The notes under the pieces: generated by a model | Told to the model about the DNA's origin: nothing | Databases searched by the model: none | Seen by the model: the letters and a program-made list of their open reading frames with translations, nothing else | Translations under genes and position numbers: made by a program | Shown: piece by piece, positions 12,770 through 27,496 of the stretch | How positions within the stretch are numbered: position 1 is the stretch's first letter | How the letters are laid out: each line of letters opens with the position of its first letter | Source of the DNA: Lingula anatina | Taxonomy: Eukaryota > Animalia > Brachiopoda | Assembly (NCBI GenBank): GCA_051362555.1 | Contig: CM120643.1 | Coordinates: 15,722,644-15,786,643, forward strand | Length of the DNA: 64,000 nt | Direction: 5' to 3'

Positions 12770-15700
12770 AATAAAAACTGAATCATCACTCACACACTTG
12801 CTCTAAAGACTACACTGTGTACGTTATGTTCGCTGGGTGGCATTCATTAACATTGCCCACACGACGTAGGCCCATAGATCGAGATTTGATTACTCAGTTT
12901 ACCTGTATTTACAGATTTTAATTATCTGATAACAGTAAATAAACCGCAGTTGCTTTAGTGTCTAGAAATTTGAATTTCAAAATTAAACTTACCGGACAAC
13001 CTTAAAGCCGAGATATATGAACACATTTTAATGTTGGAGTCTTTACTGAACATGTAAAAATGATTATTATATCATTAAACTCTTCCTTAGAGAACTATGC
13101 TATTTCATTTCGAAACGGTGCACTTTTTGAAATAGGAACCAATTCTAATTATTGGGACTGTAAACTGGTTGTCGAATTATCATAAAAAAACTTGAAGAAA
13201 AGTTTCAAATAAGCATCACCACCTACGTGTAGCCAATGCGTCTTCAGACATATACCATAGACCTGTGAGCAAGATCGGGTTATCAAATGTCCAAAGCTAG
13301 TTTATGTGGTTATCTTTTAGATTTAATGAATCGGTGTTTGGAAAACAAATGTGATAATCGGTCCAGTTAAACAGGGTTGATCTCCAAATCATCGGATTAA
13401 ATGGCATGATTTGGCGACAGAAAATGATAATACGGGTACACTTTCGCTGTGTCTTCCCACGGCACACGCACTCACACACACGCACGCACACGCAGAAAAA
13501 CATATATTTACGCGTGAGACCCCGTATCAGATCCTAACCAACCATCCAAGACGCTGTACCATGTCGGTTGGGTGTAAACAACGCATTTAACACCGAAAAA
13601 CGACATTTTGGAATTCTAACCTTTACACTGGCATTTTGCACTTGGAGCAAAAAAGTATTCTTGCTTGTCTGGTACTTGTTTCCGGCATGACATTTCGAAA
13701 GAAAAAAGATAAAGGTCTCCTAAAAAATAACACTTCTCAATACAGATACCGAGGCTCAATTTGCAGTATCAACGTTTTTGGTTTCCGCTTCGTATTCTTG
13801 GCAAACAGGCCTGTTCTTAGTTCTTCTATGTTTTTAAAATTTATTTCTCAAACCGTTGATTGCTTGCAACTCTTTTGATAGCGAGAACAGTTTAGATTTG
13901 GTTGCATTTTTAGCTTATATGAGTGGTATACATGATATCTGCATGACATACCAGGCCTCTATGCGCTCAATATGTTTTATAATCAACAGCAGTTTTTACC
14001 AAAGTTCTAGAAGAAAGCCAGTCGCAGAATGATGTCCTTTTATAAATAAATATAAGCAGTATCTGCAGACAGGCAGATTCAAGTCAGCAGTTTGATTCAG
14101 GATTTTTCTATTGCCACGGTTATCATACGTATTATTTCACTGGGAAATGTGTTCTCTGCAGCTTGCTTAAATTGTTTTGTAGCAAGTACAAAACATTAAA
14201 ATAGGCTCACTTTGATGGAAAATGTTGTCTTTAGTTCAAGTAAACAGTTTAAATCAGTGTTTTGTCCTTTGGCAGTTGCTTGGCAAACTCTCTTTACCGA
14301 AATCAGACAAGGCAGTTTTGTAGCAAATACAAAGACAAAAAAGAGTGGAAAAAAAAGAAAGAAAGAACCCGGTTAATACAGTCTTTGCCACAGTTATTTC
14401 CCTTCGGTGTCAAGAGGATCATTCAAGATGAGTAAGCTCGATCAGAATAAGGTTGCAAGACCATCCCTGGACAAATCAAACATTTCCAAAGACACAAGTT
14501 ATCATGCATGATCAAACAAAAAGCAGTACATGTACGAAGTAAAATGCACGCAGAAATAGACACAATCAAGCAGTCAATAAGAAACTAAATTTCAACTTTA
14601 TTCGCGCGTTAGAGCCGATAAGGCTGCGCGTTATCGTGCACTGGTGATCGCGAAAAGCTATTACGTTCATGAATGTCAAAGAATATTTTGTGATAATCGG
14701 TTCAAACGTGTCCCTTGAATGAATAACTTTCTTTTTTCAAGGGATAAGGGATGAAAATATCTCAAGACCGATTGGAAGCAAATCAAATATCAAATTGGCA
14801 AGCGGAGAATCGTTTATCCATTTAGTTTAAAGTTACACGTAGAGATGTAAGTCTCTCTCTCTCTCTCTCTTTGTAAATTTATAGTTAGAAGTAACTTTTC
14901 ATAGGTCCTTTTACTTTTAAGTCTCAAATTATCAACAACGAAAATATTGTGCGGTTTACCGTTCTACTAGTACAATAACTACGAACCTACTCCGGAAAAC
15001 TAGAAATCAATGAAATCTTTCTCTCAGAGGACCAGAGGAGTAATAGTGATATTCCTGTTACGAGGCAACACATAGGAATCTCGGAGCCATAATATCTGCG
15101 TCATCAATATTTAATTCATGGTAACGATAAGTCACGGAACAGAGACATTTTTTACAATTTTTCGACAAAAAGAAGACTTTAGGGAGTTTCTCGAGTTTAC
15201 TATCCCTTTAAAACGCGCATGCCTGTATCTGGGCTTCTGGTCGCAATTCTTAAGTCAACCGCGCACAGCGCATCAAGCCAAATGTCGAATAACAGTTTTA
15301 CATATACCAGGGTAAAAATGGACTTGTAAATAAAAAAAATGTTTCTACACAACACAGTGGAGTTAGATAGGGAGGCTTTGGCGTAGACTTCTCGCTTCAC
15401 TTTAATTGACACATTTTTCTGTACGATAAAGGATTGCAGTGGTTCATCACACATCGTAACTGCCGCCATTTTATAACGCAAAAATGCATTTGCGCATAAA
15501 AAGAAAAGCGATATTTCAAGACCAAACTTAATATTTTGTTCATAAAAATAGAAGTCTTGTCTTCACTATTTTAAGTATCACAGTAGAAGATTCTTGAATA
15601 AAAAGAATATCTTTAAATTTCTTTGTAGGTTGAAATGTAATCTGACGCATCCAAGATTAAGATGTCTAATCTAAATTCGGTTAATGCAGATATAGATGTT

Positions 15701-15908
15701 AGAATATGAATACCCAAGCCTCGGGTGCTTGCGACAGGTAACCATGACAACTGCCATGTAAAGTGTAGCGTGCACCTATTTTACTTTTTGTATTAATTAA
15801 ACTTTCCATACCAAATAAGTAAATAAATGAATAAATCTAATCATTACACGACAATGTAATGACTTTCTACATAAATTTGATTGTTTGTTTGTTTGGTAGT
15901 ATCCCCAA

Positions 15909-15961
15909 TTTTTTTTTTTTTCTTTTTCTTTTTTCTTTTTCTTTTTCTTTTTTTTTTTTTT
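15909..15961. repeat. Poly(T)-rich tract
   Basis: Seen directly; source of the poly-Lys ORF on the minus strand. Confidence 0.93.
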
Positions 15962-17155
15962 GGACCTGTATGTCAATATGCTAAACCATCTTGCAATACT
16001 CGTCGGAAAATAACAGCAAACAAAAAATCCGATTTTAATCCACCTTTTCACTAAGTCATATGTATATATACACGTACCACTAGTATCACGATGCTGCTCA
16101 TTGTTTTAAGAGATTAAAAAAATGTTACCTATTTCATAATTCATACCACCAGTTATTGTTTTTTTTTCTTTTGCTATATGATATGAATGCAGTTTTATTA
16201 TGTTGTATTCCTTTACTAACTATATACATGGCATCATTTTCATACCATGTGCGGCTCATGTATACTTTAATTAAAAATTCGATTTCTTCTAACATTTTTT
16301 TAACACTTATACACTTTTAAAATAACAAGTAATTGCAAATATGATATTGGCTTAACTGTACTGGTAAAATAAACTTTTCTCGTTTAAATAACATTTTAAT
16401 GAAAATTATCTTAATAAATAGCTGAGATTGTACAAGAAAATCTTAAATAGCCAGGTCTTTGTAAAAATTCAGATTTTCCATTATTTCATCTTGTAAAATG
16501 AGGAGTCCGGTGTCGTGAGAGGTCATCAGTTTGAGAAATGTTGAAGAAATTCACAGAAAAGAGTGTCCATAAATTGAACAATGGTAATCAAATTTGTACA
16601 TTAGACAGCACTTAAGCAACTGACATCTTCGGTAAAATATCAGGCAGCGTAGCTACCACAAAAAAGAAAAACTAAAGCCTTTTAGCTGTCTCAACTTATT
16701 TAGAATGCTTGTTTTCTTTCTTATCGGACACAAAGAGTAATAGCCGCATCGTGGGTTCAAAATTTAAACTAGATTTTCTTGGATAAATGGACGAAATCAA
16801 TCCAGAATCTCGGCGTTAGTCGACGAAAAGTGCAAATTTACGTCTAATTGTAAATGGTATCTTTTTCTGCGTCAAAGCGTCTCTCGTCTCGCGGGAGCCC
16901 ACAGTGATTCATCATTGTTTCGATTCATCAAGCCTAGAACAGATATGCGTGTTCATTCGAGTTGTACTTTATTCTTTTTGAATGGAGCTCTCATGCCAGC
17001 GCATTAGATGTGTCTTGTACGTACTGCCCAGCTATTATAGATAACAAAAAAAGCTTTGTGTGTTAATAAGAGCCTCAATTGCCTTTTATGAGAACGTATG
17101 ACCGAAATGTATTACTCACAAGATTGTTTGGCACTGGTCACGCACGAAACAAAAA

Positions 17156-17171
17156 GTGTGTGTGTGTGTGC

Positions 17172-17210
<39 letters not shown>
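17156..17210. repeat. Compound microsatellite (GT)n-(GA)n
   Basis: Seen directly. Confidence 0.96.
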
Positions 17211-17212
<2 letters not shown>

Positions 17213-19059
17213 GATAACAATTATATACATTACACAGGTTTCATTGCTTGATATATTTTCGGGTTTAAAACCATAAGCGCAAACTTCTGCTTTCCTGTCC
17301 GCGATTAAGAATGAACAACATGGGAAAAAACCCACGAATTAGCGTTTTTCTTCAATTTAAATTCACAGAAAATGCATCGGCATTTACCCCCTTTTACTGT
17401 GAAATTAAACTTTATCGATACAAGTAAATAAGCATTAATTTACTGAAGAACATAGCAGATGTGCAACGAGGGCGGGGAACTAAGAAAGAATATGAATGTA
17501 GACCTATATGTATAATTTCTAAAACAGCTCATTATTCAGTTGTCCCTGTCTTCTTTCGTGAAACATGTTACAGTATCAACAGGTTTTCATGTCTCATCTA
17601 TTTTTAGAGATTTTAAGATACAAACAATCATGTAATACGTTAAAAGGGCATATTGTGACATGCTACATGTACACGTAAGACAAAAACATCAGAGAAACCA
17701 ATGAGAAAACAACAAAATAAAAAGGCAACGTATTTAAATTAAACAAGAAAGGTATATTTTCATGGTCATAAGTAACAAAGAAAACTGTGTTTGTTCACTA
17801 CTTCTGCGACTGAGCTTGTTTCCCTGGCGATTCCTCTGCGATGTTAACTTAAGTATGAATTCAGCAGAGCTTCCATCAAGGAAAAGGTTTATTGGAATCG
17901 GGGGGCAGAGAATGTTAAATGCCAGAAACAGATTTGTTGCTGAAACATGATGGCTTTTTCGTATGGCATCATTTCCGTGGTCTATTTTGTTAACTAAAAG
18001 TTTTTTGTCGAAGGGTAAAGATATGGTAAATTCACACTCAACGTGGGCGGTTTGCAAGAAATATTCACAAAGCCATGTCTGTCTTTATTTTCATTATATT
18101 CATTTATTTTCACTTCTTTTTGTATTTATTTCATATACTTTTCCAATTATTATTTTTTGCATTTTCAAATGACTAGGTGTGCGTTCTTTATTTCTCAACT
18201 TTTTTTCGTTTCCAAAAACATGTTTGTCTTTTATTTCAATGCGCTCCTCCCACATTTCCACAGAATTTTGGACCTTATTAACTTACTTTTTCTGCCATAG
18301 ATATGCTAACACGAAAATTATTTGTTATCCTCATCGTTTATTCTGTTTTTGTTTTTCGGTTTTCGTGGGCCTTACATGCATAGCTAATGACTTTGCATGC
18401 CTTGCATCATTAAAGGTATACTATCCACCTTTGAAACTGTCCCAGACTCATATTTTCTGTGTCTGCATATCCTGCAAAGCTACATGTAAGCCTGCTTATC
18501 TTCCCAATTCAATTCAGTTCTTAAAACCGATAAAAACTCTCAAATAAAAGTACCTGATGTTGCTTTTTTCTTATGTAATGTTCGGAAAGACACTTTTAAC
18601 GTTACTTGAAACGTTAGAAACTAACTGATATAATGTGGAATGGTATAAAAAAATCAAGTACAGGGATGGGTCGAGCAGTAATTTGTGAGTAGCCGGTAAG
18701 GGTTATCTTTTTTAGGAAATTTTGATTTGGCGGGAAAATCCCGGATACCTTTAAATATGAAATTATTATAAATAAACGTCTTTCATGAATATTTCTCTGT
18801 CTTTGTCTATCATTTTTATTGTGCATTTATAAGTAGCCATCTCCACATCCACAGTATATATCCAGTGTGTTTTTTACTTAAACAGTTGGGCCAACAGCAA
18901 GTGCAAATTATACAACAAAAATTAGAGGTCAAACAGAAATTAAAAGATGGTTGATCATTCTGTGTGTCGGGCACCTGTACGAACTAAACATTTGCAAACG
19001 AAAGATGAACAGCGGGATCCGCAGTCTGATACGGTACATGTAAAACGTATTTCATCACT

Positions 19060-19430
19060 TTGTATCAGCGCCAAACGCCGCTGGCATTGCTTGACTGACA
19101 GGCCCGACCGCGGATTAATTAAACAATCTCAGGATCGTTTTCGGGTCTGGAGATATAATTAGTTTTTCAGAAATGCTGATCGTTTCCCTCTCTATCATCT
19201 TCGACAGGCTCCCATGGAACGCTAATTATCGGGCGGCTGGTAAACACGCTGCTCTGGGACGTGTTGTACAGGCAGGAACGCGACCCCTGCCCGCACGGCT
19301 CATGTTGGCTTCGTTATGAACACGGTCGTTGCTGGTCTACCAAGTTGGGGGGAAAGCAAAACGCCGTCGGGGAATAGCTTGTCAGACAGGTGCATCGATT
19401 TTGTGATGAGTTAATTACAATGACGGATAC
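19060..19430. promoter_or_regulatory. Enhancer-like GC/CpG-rich block with TALE, homeodomain and Fox motifs
   Basis: TGACTGACAG (Pbx-Meis/Prep decamer) at 19092-19101, GGATTAATTAA, CTAATTA, GTAAACA (Fox) at 19240-19246, CAGGTG and TTAATTA within ~370 bp. Motif identities are established; function is inferred. Confidence 0.4.
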
Positions 19431-22224
19431 TTTTCAGAGATTAATGATGAAGCGATGATTTTGATGAGATAACTAAGTTTTGATTTTTTATCTACTTCCA
19501 CTTTTTGCCCCCCCCCCCCGCTTCCCTTTTACGCACATATGGTTTCACAATTAACCCATCCTACTCTTAATAAATCGAGTGAGCACCACTAAACACTTTG
19601 TAATAACTTACGCAAATAGAAATGTCAGATTCACGACAGACAGAGGAAATTTGCTAACAGCCTCCATGTCAATACCGTGGCATCTCACTAAGTGTCTCCA
19701 AGTAAGACTTCACAACGGATAAGATAAAGATAACTTCATAGTTCCTGACAATATCAAAATCTACTTAAAGCCATACAGAAACATCAAATGGCCATCACTT
19801 GATTAGCATGGTTGAAGATGCGTCCATACAGGAAGCCTTCTCCAAACATACTCCATGATAAGTAGAGATGATATAATTTCGTTTGTGAACTGAACCGCTA
19901 TCGTAAACGTGAACAACATCATTTGATTGTCTAATGGCAACAGTAGTAAAACCAGACATTTCTCGCGTGTTAAAGCACGTATGAAAAAAAAAAAAACAGA
20001 TTACCGTTTAAAGTAAATCATGAAATTGAGCATTGACTTAAAACCAACTAAAAACATGTTGTTAAATGCAACTTTTGAATCTAGAACTAAGAGTTAATGG
20101 TGGAAAATAAACAGATAATGATTTTTAATAATTTGTACTACAAAATAATGCAATCCGAAAATAGGTTTTTGTGTTCGAAAATAATTTGGTATCGGTTTTA
20201 CACCCAAGTTTTAAACATGTTGATAACCTCCAAAAGTAAAGAACAATTCATATCTTAAAGAGAAACCCCTTCTCCTCTGATATATTTTACAGATTTGCTC
20301 ATCTCCGCTTATACATGTAGACCCTACTAGTACAAAATGTGTCAAACGAAATTACAAGCGTTTCCAGATCTTTTGGCATGCTAGTACACCGGGCAGTTTT
20401 TAACTCACGTCGGGACCCGCCCCTTTGAAGTTTTTTCTCCCACTGTCAAACGCCATTCCATAGGAAATTTGAGCATGATTAATCGCCGGCAAACAGCGAC
20501 CTAACGAGAAATGAAACCAATTTTGTTTTTGGGAACATTATCAACAAATCTGCTCTCATATTCGTCAAGCGCGTTCGTAAAGCAAGAATGTCAGACCATG
20601 TAAAACACTTTTAACCACTAAAAACATTTCAGTGAGTTCTGTTCAAACCTTTCACTGTAGGACCCGCCGTATTAGTTGTTTGTACATGTTTACAAAAAAG
20701 GAACCCCGTTTTGCTAGTTTCCAAAGGTCGAAAGGGCAAATGTAATCCGCCGATACAGCATTCCAACCCAGCCCAGCGATATGTTTGTTGGCATTTCTAC
20801 TTTCCGTTACATATGTTTAAAGGAAGTGCTAGCACAGGTTCAGGTTGGAAAACTAGAAAAATGAAAAAGCAAAGTTGTACCGATTTCTTGATAAAACGAC
20901 CATAACAGAGTGTTCGGCAGATTGTTGCCCAATGCAACAGCAATCAGGCAACCGAAACAACCGATATCCTTTTATTCAATTACAAGTCAAACCTATGATA
21001 ATTTCCCAGTACAAGTTGCTATGACTCTACCAGCATCTTGACAATTCGATTAGATTAAATCGGCTGATCCGAATTGTTGTGAAATATAATTACCGCTGGA
21101 AATGGCCAGGAATGTCGAGCTGAATACAATCTCAATTATTTTGTAAATATTTTACGATCGTTGTGGGGATAATCTAACGTGAAAAATGTTGTTTCGGTGG
21201 GAAAGAGCGGTCTGATAATTCAATAACAATCCGTTCCCCCGACGCTATAAACAACGTGCTGCCCAACGTTTCCTCGCGCGTAGTGCCAAGGCAAGCGTTC
21301 GACAAAGGGTATTAGATCGACTTCTATGTAGAAACAATTCACTTCGGCGTTGTTTGTATTAATCTACCCAGTAGTTTGCCGGTATTAATTGGTTACTGGA
21401 AAATCAGATACTGTGCTGACCAGCACACACAGGGAAATAATCTATTGAACTTAAGTGTACTTACCTATTACCTTTATTAGATTTTAAATGTTGTATATTG
21501 TGATTTTGTAATCTAAATATATGGAGCACAAATCAGTGAGAACAAGATGCTCGGAAGATGACTGAAGTAGATCAGGAAACAATGTTATTTGTCAGTTAAT
21601 AATTTACTTGATTTGATTTTCGGTGGCATCATGGGATTTTACCACCAGTGAGTAGTGGAAGACGTGTACACTGAAGTGCGCGTACAAGATCACGTATTTG
21701 GCTTTTTGTGTCTAGCTTGTAATTAATTCCTCGAGTGTTGCGCATGCAAGTGTTATAAAGCCGGGACCCGCTGCACTTGAAATGGAAAACAAATCATTGC
21801 AGCTTGATTGCAATATAAATAAAACACTAGGAACAACAGCAACACTAGTGACAAGCAAAGCACTGGGTGGCCTAACATTGGCTGGTGTATTTGTTCTTAG
21901 AGCTTAGAAGTAATAGCCATTTTTTGTACAGAGTTCTTCTTTAAGGACTGCCAACGGTACACTGACATTATTATTATAATTGATGATGATAATGATAATT
22001 ATGGAGTAGATTATCTTGAAAAAGTAGTATAAAATGAAATAACATAAATTAAAAAAAACATTAACAAAGACAATATGATATTAATGTATTTTAACAATAA
22101 TAATTTTAAAAAACAGTAATATAGAGAAAGCATTTCCACATCTTGTAATATACTGGAGAATATAGATATCAAGAAAGGGTGACGTGTGCCATCCTCCCCT
22201 TTTACCTAGGACCAAAATCGTAGG

Positions 22225-23086
22225 CAGAGGTGTTTAGAGGGGTGGGACAAAGAGCCGCCCTTTTAGCCGGAAATGGCCCGCTTTGAATCAAAATTTTATC
22301 TACATTTTGATCAATATTTCTGTGATAAAACTACCAGTTACAAGATAGAACAGTCTCAGCAGCAGCATCAACATAAAGTGGCAGATTCTGATTACAAGTA
22401 TTAAACAGCAACAGTCTAAAACACCAGTAACAAACCACGTGCAAATAAAATATGATAAGGAATATTTTGGAAATTGTTACGAAAACCATCATGATTTCGT
22501 AAATACAGCTGGAGCTAGATGAAGTATTATGGGCCCTGTGCTAAAATACACAGATATCTAAAGGAATTTGGGGATGACACAGCAGCAAGCATAACCCGAT
22601 TAGCAGATTCCACTAACTATCATGTAAACCGCAGCACGCCTCGTGTGTTTCATCACACTGAGAGGTACGTAAGTAGTCCCACGGTGAGAAATATGCAGAA
22701 ATTGCTACATTGTCTAGTCCTGAGACGATCTGTTTATTATCATAGACAGCAACGAACCTGTATCGCATCCCGCTGATAGCGATTTGTATGCCCTCCATTT
22801 TATGCGTACTGTAAAGAATGATATATTCTATAGGGGCCTAAAATGCTCGTTTATAAAAGAAAATATTTAAGATAATTGGGCACGGAAAAAAAACACTAGG
22901 TCCAACATACCTTTTGGCAAATAACAATGCCGATCATAATTTACCGCACCTTTTAAACGCATGCGAAAAGGGCTAAGACTAAGGGTCCTAAGACTTTAAC
23001 CGTAGCATTGCGTAGTAAAGTAGTGGAAGCTTTTTTACCCCCCCCCCCCAACCCTAACCCTCTTTCAAATTCCTTGATTCCCCCTG
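22225..23086. mobile_element. Possible degenerate non-autonomous DNA element ends
   Basis: Left end cagaggtgtttagagggg; right end C-run then ctctttcaaattccttgattcccccctg. These resemble decayed CAGGGGCGGATCC-type TIRs. TIR match is poor and they may be two unrelated remnants. Confidence 0.25.
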
Positions 23087-26000
23087 CTGCCAATGCTGAT
23101 ACAATAGTACCAGAAAGAAAACAAACCCCCACAACCCTGCATGTGTGTGGGGAATCTTAAGTCCTAAGATTTGCCTCTAATTGGTATCTGTTATAGTAGC
23201 AACAGTGATCAAAAGTCTTGGATGATGTTTACATGGATTAGTCTAGCCCACCTAGAAGACGGAAACGTTCGCGATAGATAATCGGCAAACATCGCAACTG
23301 TTGGTCTGAGAGGTTGTTAAGCTATTAATTAAACAGAAAATAAACAAAGGTTAGATGAAGAAGATGTAGCAAATGATCATCTTTGAAGTTTTGTCGATCT
23401 CATCTTTGGAATGTCGGTGTTAATAGAATTACGTCGCTATTTATCAGAAAAACGGTATAGAAGGAGATAAGTTTTAAAAAATAATAAATAACTACGAACC
23501 ATCTTGTTGGCGATGGCGCGGATGATGGCCGTTTTGCTCGTTTGTGAAATGGGGGAGTACCTGATAAGTGCATTGTCTTGTGAAAGTGCTATAACAAAAA
23601 TATAATTTAACAAGAAATATCAAAAGCTTATTGCGAAGAAACTCTGGTTGATTCAGAACAGCAAGTCAGTGAAGGAGTATGTCACTCTAACTTTAACCAC
23701 CTCTGCTGTAACTAGTTAACAGTTGCTGAAATAATTAAAGGACTTTCTTAATACTTCTGTTTTTAATACTTCAGATCATCGGTTGTCATATCCCGTATGC
23801 CGTGAAAGATGAGTCTTAATTTTTACAATAAATAATGAATAATGATTACTGGGCTACATTTCTTCTTGGTGTTGATACCCGGTACATGGATACTGTTTGA
23901 CAAGCTACAACTTTACAACATATGGAACTTAAATCATTTCTATTCTGAGAAAATAAGAAAATAAAAGGAAGCGATGGCGTTGTAATATCTGTGTAGAAAC
24001 TGAAGACTTGGTTTATTCCTAAAATATTTGCGGTCAGTCAGAATCCAACTTTTCGGGAACTAATCAGCCCCAACACCCTTGCTCCTTGTGGTTAATTAAC
24101 GACTTAATCAGGATCCCCGTATCAGATGATCTGTTGGTTCCGGTATCTGTTCTTATCAGTGATCCTAACAGGTGACGGATCATCTTTCATAAAGGCTACA
24201 ATACACCGTTTTGCTCCCACTATGCTAACGGTATTCCGCGTTACTCAATTAACTGCCAGTTGAGTCGATAAGTGCAGTATGTGAATTCCGTTGAAATTGT
24301 AATGGAATTTTAATAAAAACCTGCGTGAATTGTGATGCAATTGTGATATGACGTGTGAATTGGGCTAATTTTTTGATAAACGCACACGAATGGTCTTGAT
24401 AGTTAGGAGCACTTTCTGGAACTAATATCATTTAGGGAAAACTTATTAACATTTTTTTCTTTTTTTTTTTTTTGTATTTTCTTCAGAATACAGCAACCAC
24501 TGTCCAATTTGATCTGCTTACAGAGTTTTTTTAATTTATCAAATTTGCTAGGGAAGTTCTCCGCATATTTTTCTACTTCGCTATTTGCTTTCTGCGTGGT
24601 CGAAATCGCTAAAACTCGCGCACGAGCATTGTTCATTACTGACCGATGACCAATCGACGATTGATTGATGTGAACGAGGATAAAAATTACTTCAAGCATT
24701 TCACTGTGATCTTAATGTCTGTTCACTTCATTTCGTTTATTTTCAATTGCCGTCATGAATGATTCTAGTCATGGATATGCTCCGTACATCGAATCGTTTG
24801 CCGCTGGTTTAGAATATAATGGGGGAGTTTTACACTGGAAGCAGTGCAGCGTTCATCAGAAATCCATAAACCAATCAGAAAAAGTGTGAAATACGGGTTT
24901 TATCATCACAAACTCCAAATACTTAATGAGCTTAAGGTAACTGATAAGTTACACTCTGTTAGATAATCGCTCCCTTTTTCCGATTTCCAATCTCCGGGTT
25001 AAAAGTTGCATTTAATGTTTCTGCGGGAGACATTTTTTCGGTGATTTTAATGTAATCCCCCTTATTTCGCGTGAGAATGTTCCCATGCATATGGTGGTCT
25101 TAAAGCTCCAGAGGTTGCTTCTCAGTTGTCTGGAAACTGCCCAGAGAATTGTAATTAAAGAAGGCGGGCGCAAGAGGCTCTGGAGACGGACAACTCGTGC
25201 GTTATGCGAATTCTGTTGAATCTCCAAGCTTTCTGTTATAAGACACAAATAGCCGTGAGAAAGATGGACACACTCTGTTCAAAGATAGTGGAAGTTGTTT
25301 TAAAATTCAAAAGTTATTTAAGTTGGTTTTTGCTTTTCATTTTTCATCTGTAGGACTTATCTTATTAGTTTCTTCAGCTTATTATCAAAAACACCAAGAA
25401 CTAATGATGCTGAAATGTGCAACTCCTTTCTGCATTAAGTATATGTACATCACTGTTTCAAGACAGTGTAAATATTGCAAAGAAAAAATAAAACTATTGC
25501 AAGAACAAACAACATGAAAAGGCACATAAGTGATAAAACGGTCATTGCAAAATGCATCGCATTCATATTTGTTGCAATCTCCTAATAAAAAGGGTAGAAA
25601 AAAATAGCAAATCTACTGTAGCCTTGTTACACGCGCCGTGTCATGCCAGAATAGGTATGGCTGGTAATTAGCAAGAATATGTAAAGCAGCAATTATGAAA
25701 TTAGTTTAAAAAGTTTAATTTCAAAACATTTTTAAATAATAAAAATGAAGTTAGAAATATACTTAATGTGGAAGTAACAGACAATTAGGGAGTGGCATAG
25801 CCTATACATATGCGGGCATGCAAATAAAACGCAATCAGAGAAATTATACCTTCTTAATCATCTTATCAGTAGCATACACATCTGAGACGTACCTGGCTAT
25901 TTTGACCCATACATATTTTGGCAGGACACATGCATATAAAGAGAGCCTTGAAATTATGTACTTTCTTACGTTTAAATTGAACTACACTCCATCGGTGAGC

Positions 26001-27423
26001 CTCAAATGCATTTCTGCTACTATGTAAAATAGTGTTGCTAACTTCACAACAGCAAGCAAATAAAGATGGGGAAAAACGCAAAGTAGAAATCAGTCGATTA
26101 TTTAAACTCAAAGTGAAAATTCAATTAATAGCGTTTGATATTTCGCCCTCAGTGTTACGCATTTTAATGTTCTTGCAAATAATTAAAGTATGGAAATTTA
26201 CACCAACAGTCAGTTTGAAAGCGAAGTCGGGCTATTCGTACAAGTCTGAAAAAAAAAAAAAAAAAAAAAAAAAAAGAAAGGTCTGGTTTGCCTGTCTAAT
26301 AGCTCCAGTGTTGGTCTACATAGAGCGGGTGTAAATTGTTGAAGTGTGCAGTTGTAACACACACAATACAACATGAAAACCAATGCACTCTGCTTCCTGT
26401 AGCTGTTCACGCTACGACGAAGAGGGCGGACACTGACGTGTTAGTTTTCGCGCAGAATAATACCGCTATCCTTCCTGTCTTTGCGGGCTTTGTTGAAATT
26501 ACACAAGCCAAATGTGTACCATGTAAAATTTAGTCTAGTAATGCTTTACTCTTCTCATGTAAAATGCACGCAGTCTGGCATTACGCTCTGCTAGTTTTCA
26601 TACATGCTGCTATGGTCAAGCCATTACAACTCTTTCACAAATAACGTATAAACGCACAATGCTAATTTTGTTCTTATCTTGGGCAGTTTTTTTAAATTCT
26701 ATAAAGTAGGCTATCTTGTTTAAGTAAAGCTTTATTTTCTCAATGCTGTGTTCTCAACGCAGTATTCAGCTATCTCAATTTATGTTCTTGATGTCATGGC
26801 TTGAATAAAGGGGTTTATTCGGAATGCAACCCGCCCGTTATTGGGGCCCGGTATTGGGTATTGGGCCAGAAGCCTTTTACATGCCTATATGCCTTCCCAA
26901 GATCAACCATGTGAAATATGTATGGTTTGCTACATCTATTTTTGTGATGTTGTTTGTGTGGAAACTGCCCAGAGAGTTGTATGTTGCATGTGCATGTACA
27001 GAACATGTATTTTCACCGAGCTGCATTTTCTTTTTTCTAAATTTGGACTTGACTTTTTACGACAAATGTGATACCAAATATGGTCCGACATTTGTAGCAG
27101 CATATGTATATGCAGGCTAAATGATGAATCTTATGCACGCGTCTATAACACTAAAAATTAATCAGTAAAATAGCTTTCTAACACTTAAATTATAACTTAC
27201 GGCAGCAGGCTTGTTAAATGAAATTTACCGTGAAAAATAACTCCCGTAAATAAATAAAGCTACTGGTAGGTACAGCACCTAAATTATAGCCCATATTTGG
27301 TGCTGATTTCTTCGCTCATCACCAGAATTGGCATATAAAGATTTTTGGCAACGGATTAATTAAGGCACCCTTACTGTTAATTTTAACAGTATATTTTCGC
27401 CATTTATTACGTCAATGAATGAA

Positions 27424-27424
<1 letters not shown>

Positions 27425-27478
<54 letters not shown>

Positions 27479-27496
27479 AAAAGAAAAAAAAAAAAG
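27425..27496. repeat. (AC)n microsatellite followed by A-run
   Basis: Seen directly. Confidence 0.96.

Noticed and set aside
24124-24185. Hairpin agatgatctgttg / tgacggatcatct as a pre-miRNA
   Set aside because: Needs a large asymmetric bulge and several G-U pairs, and matches no miRNA I recognise.
27074-27300. Two CArG boxes (CCAAATATGG 27074, CCATATTTGG 27291), plus others at 10018 and ~60369
   Set aside because: A handful of CC(A/T)6GG sites is expected by chance in 64 kb at this AT content.
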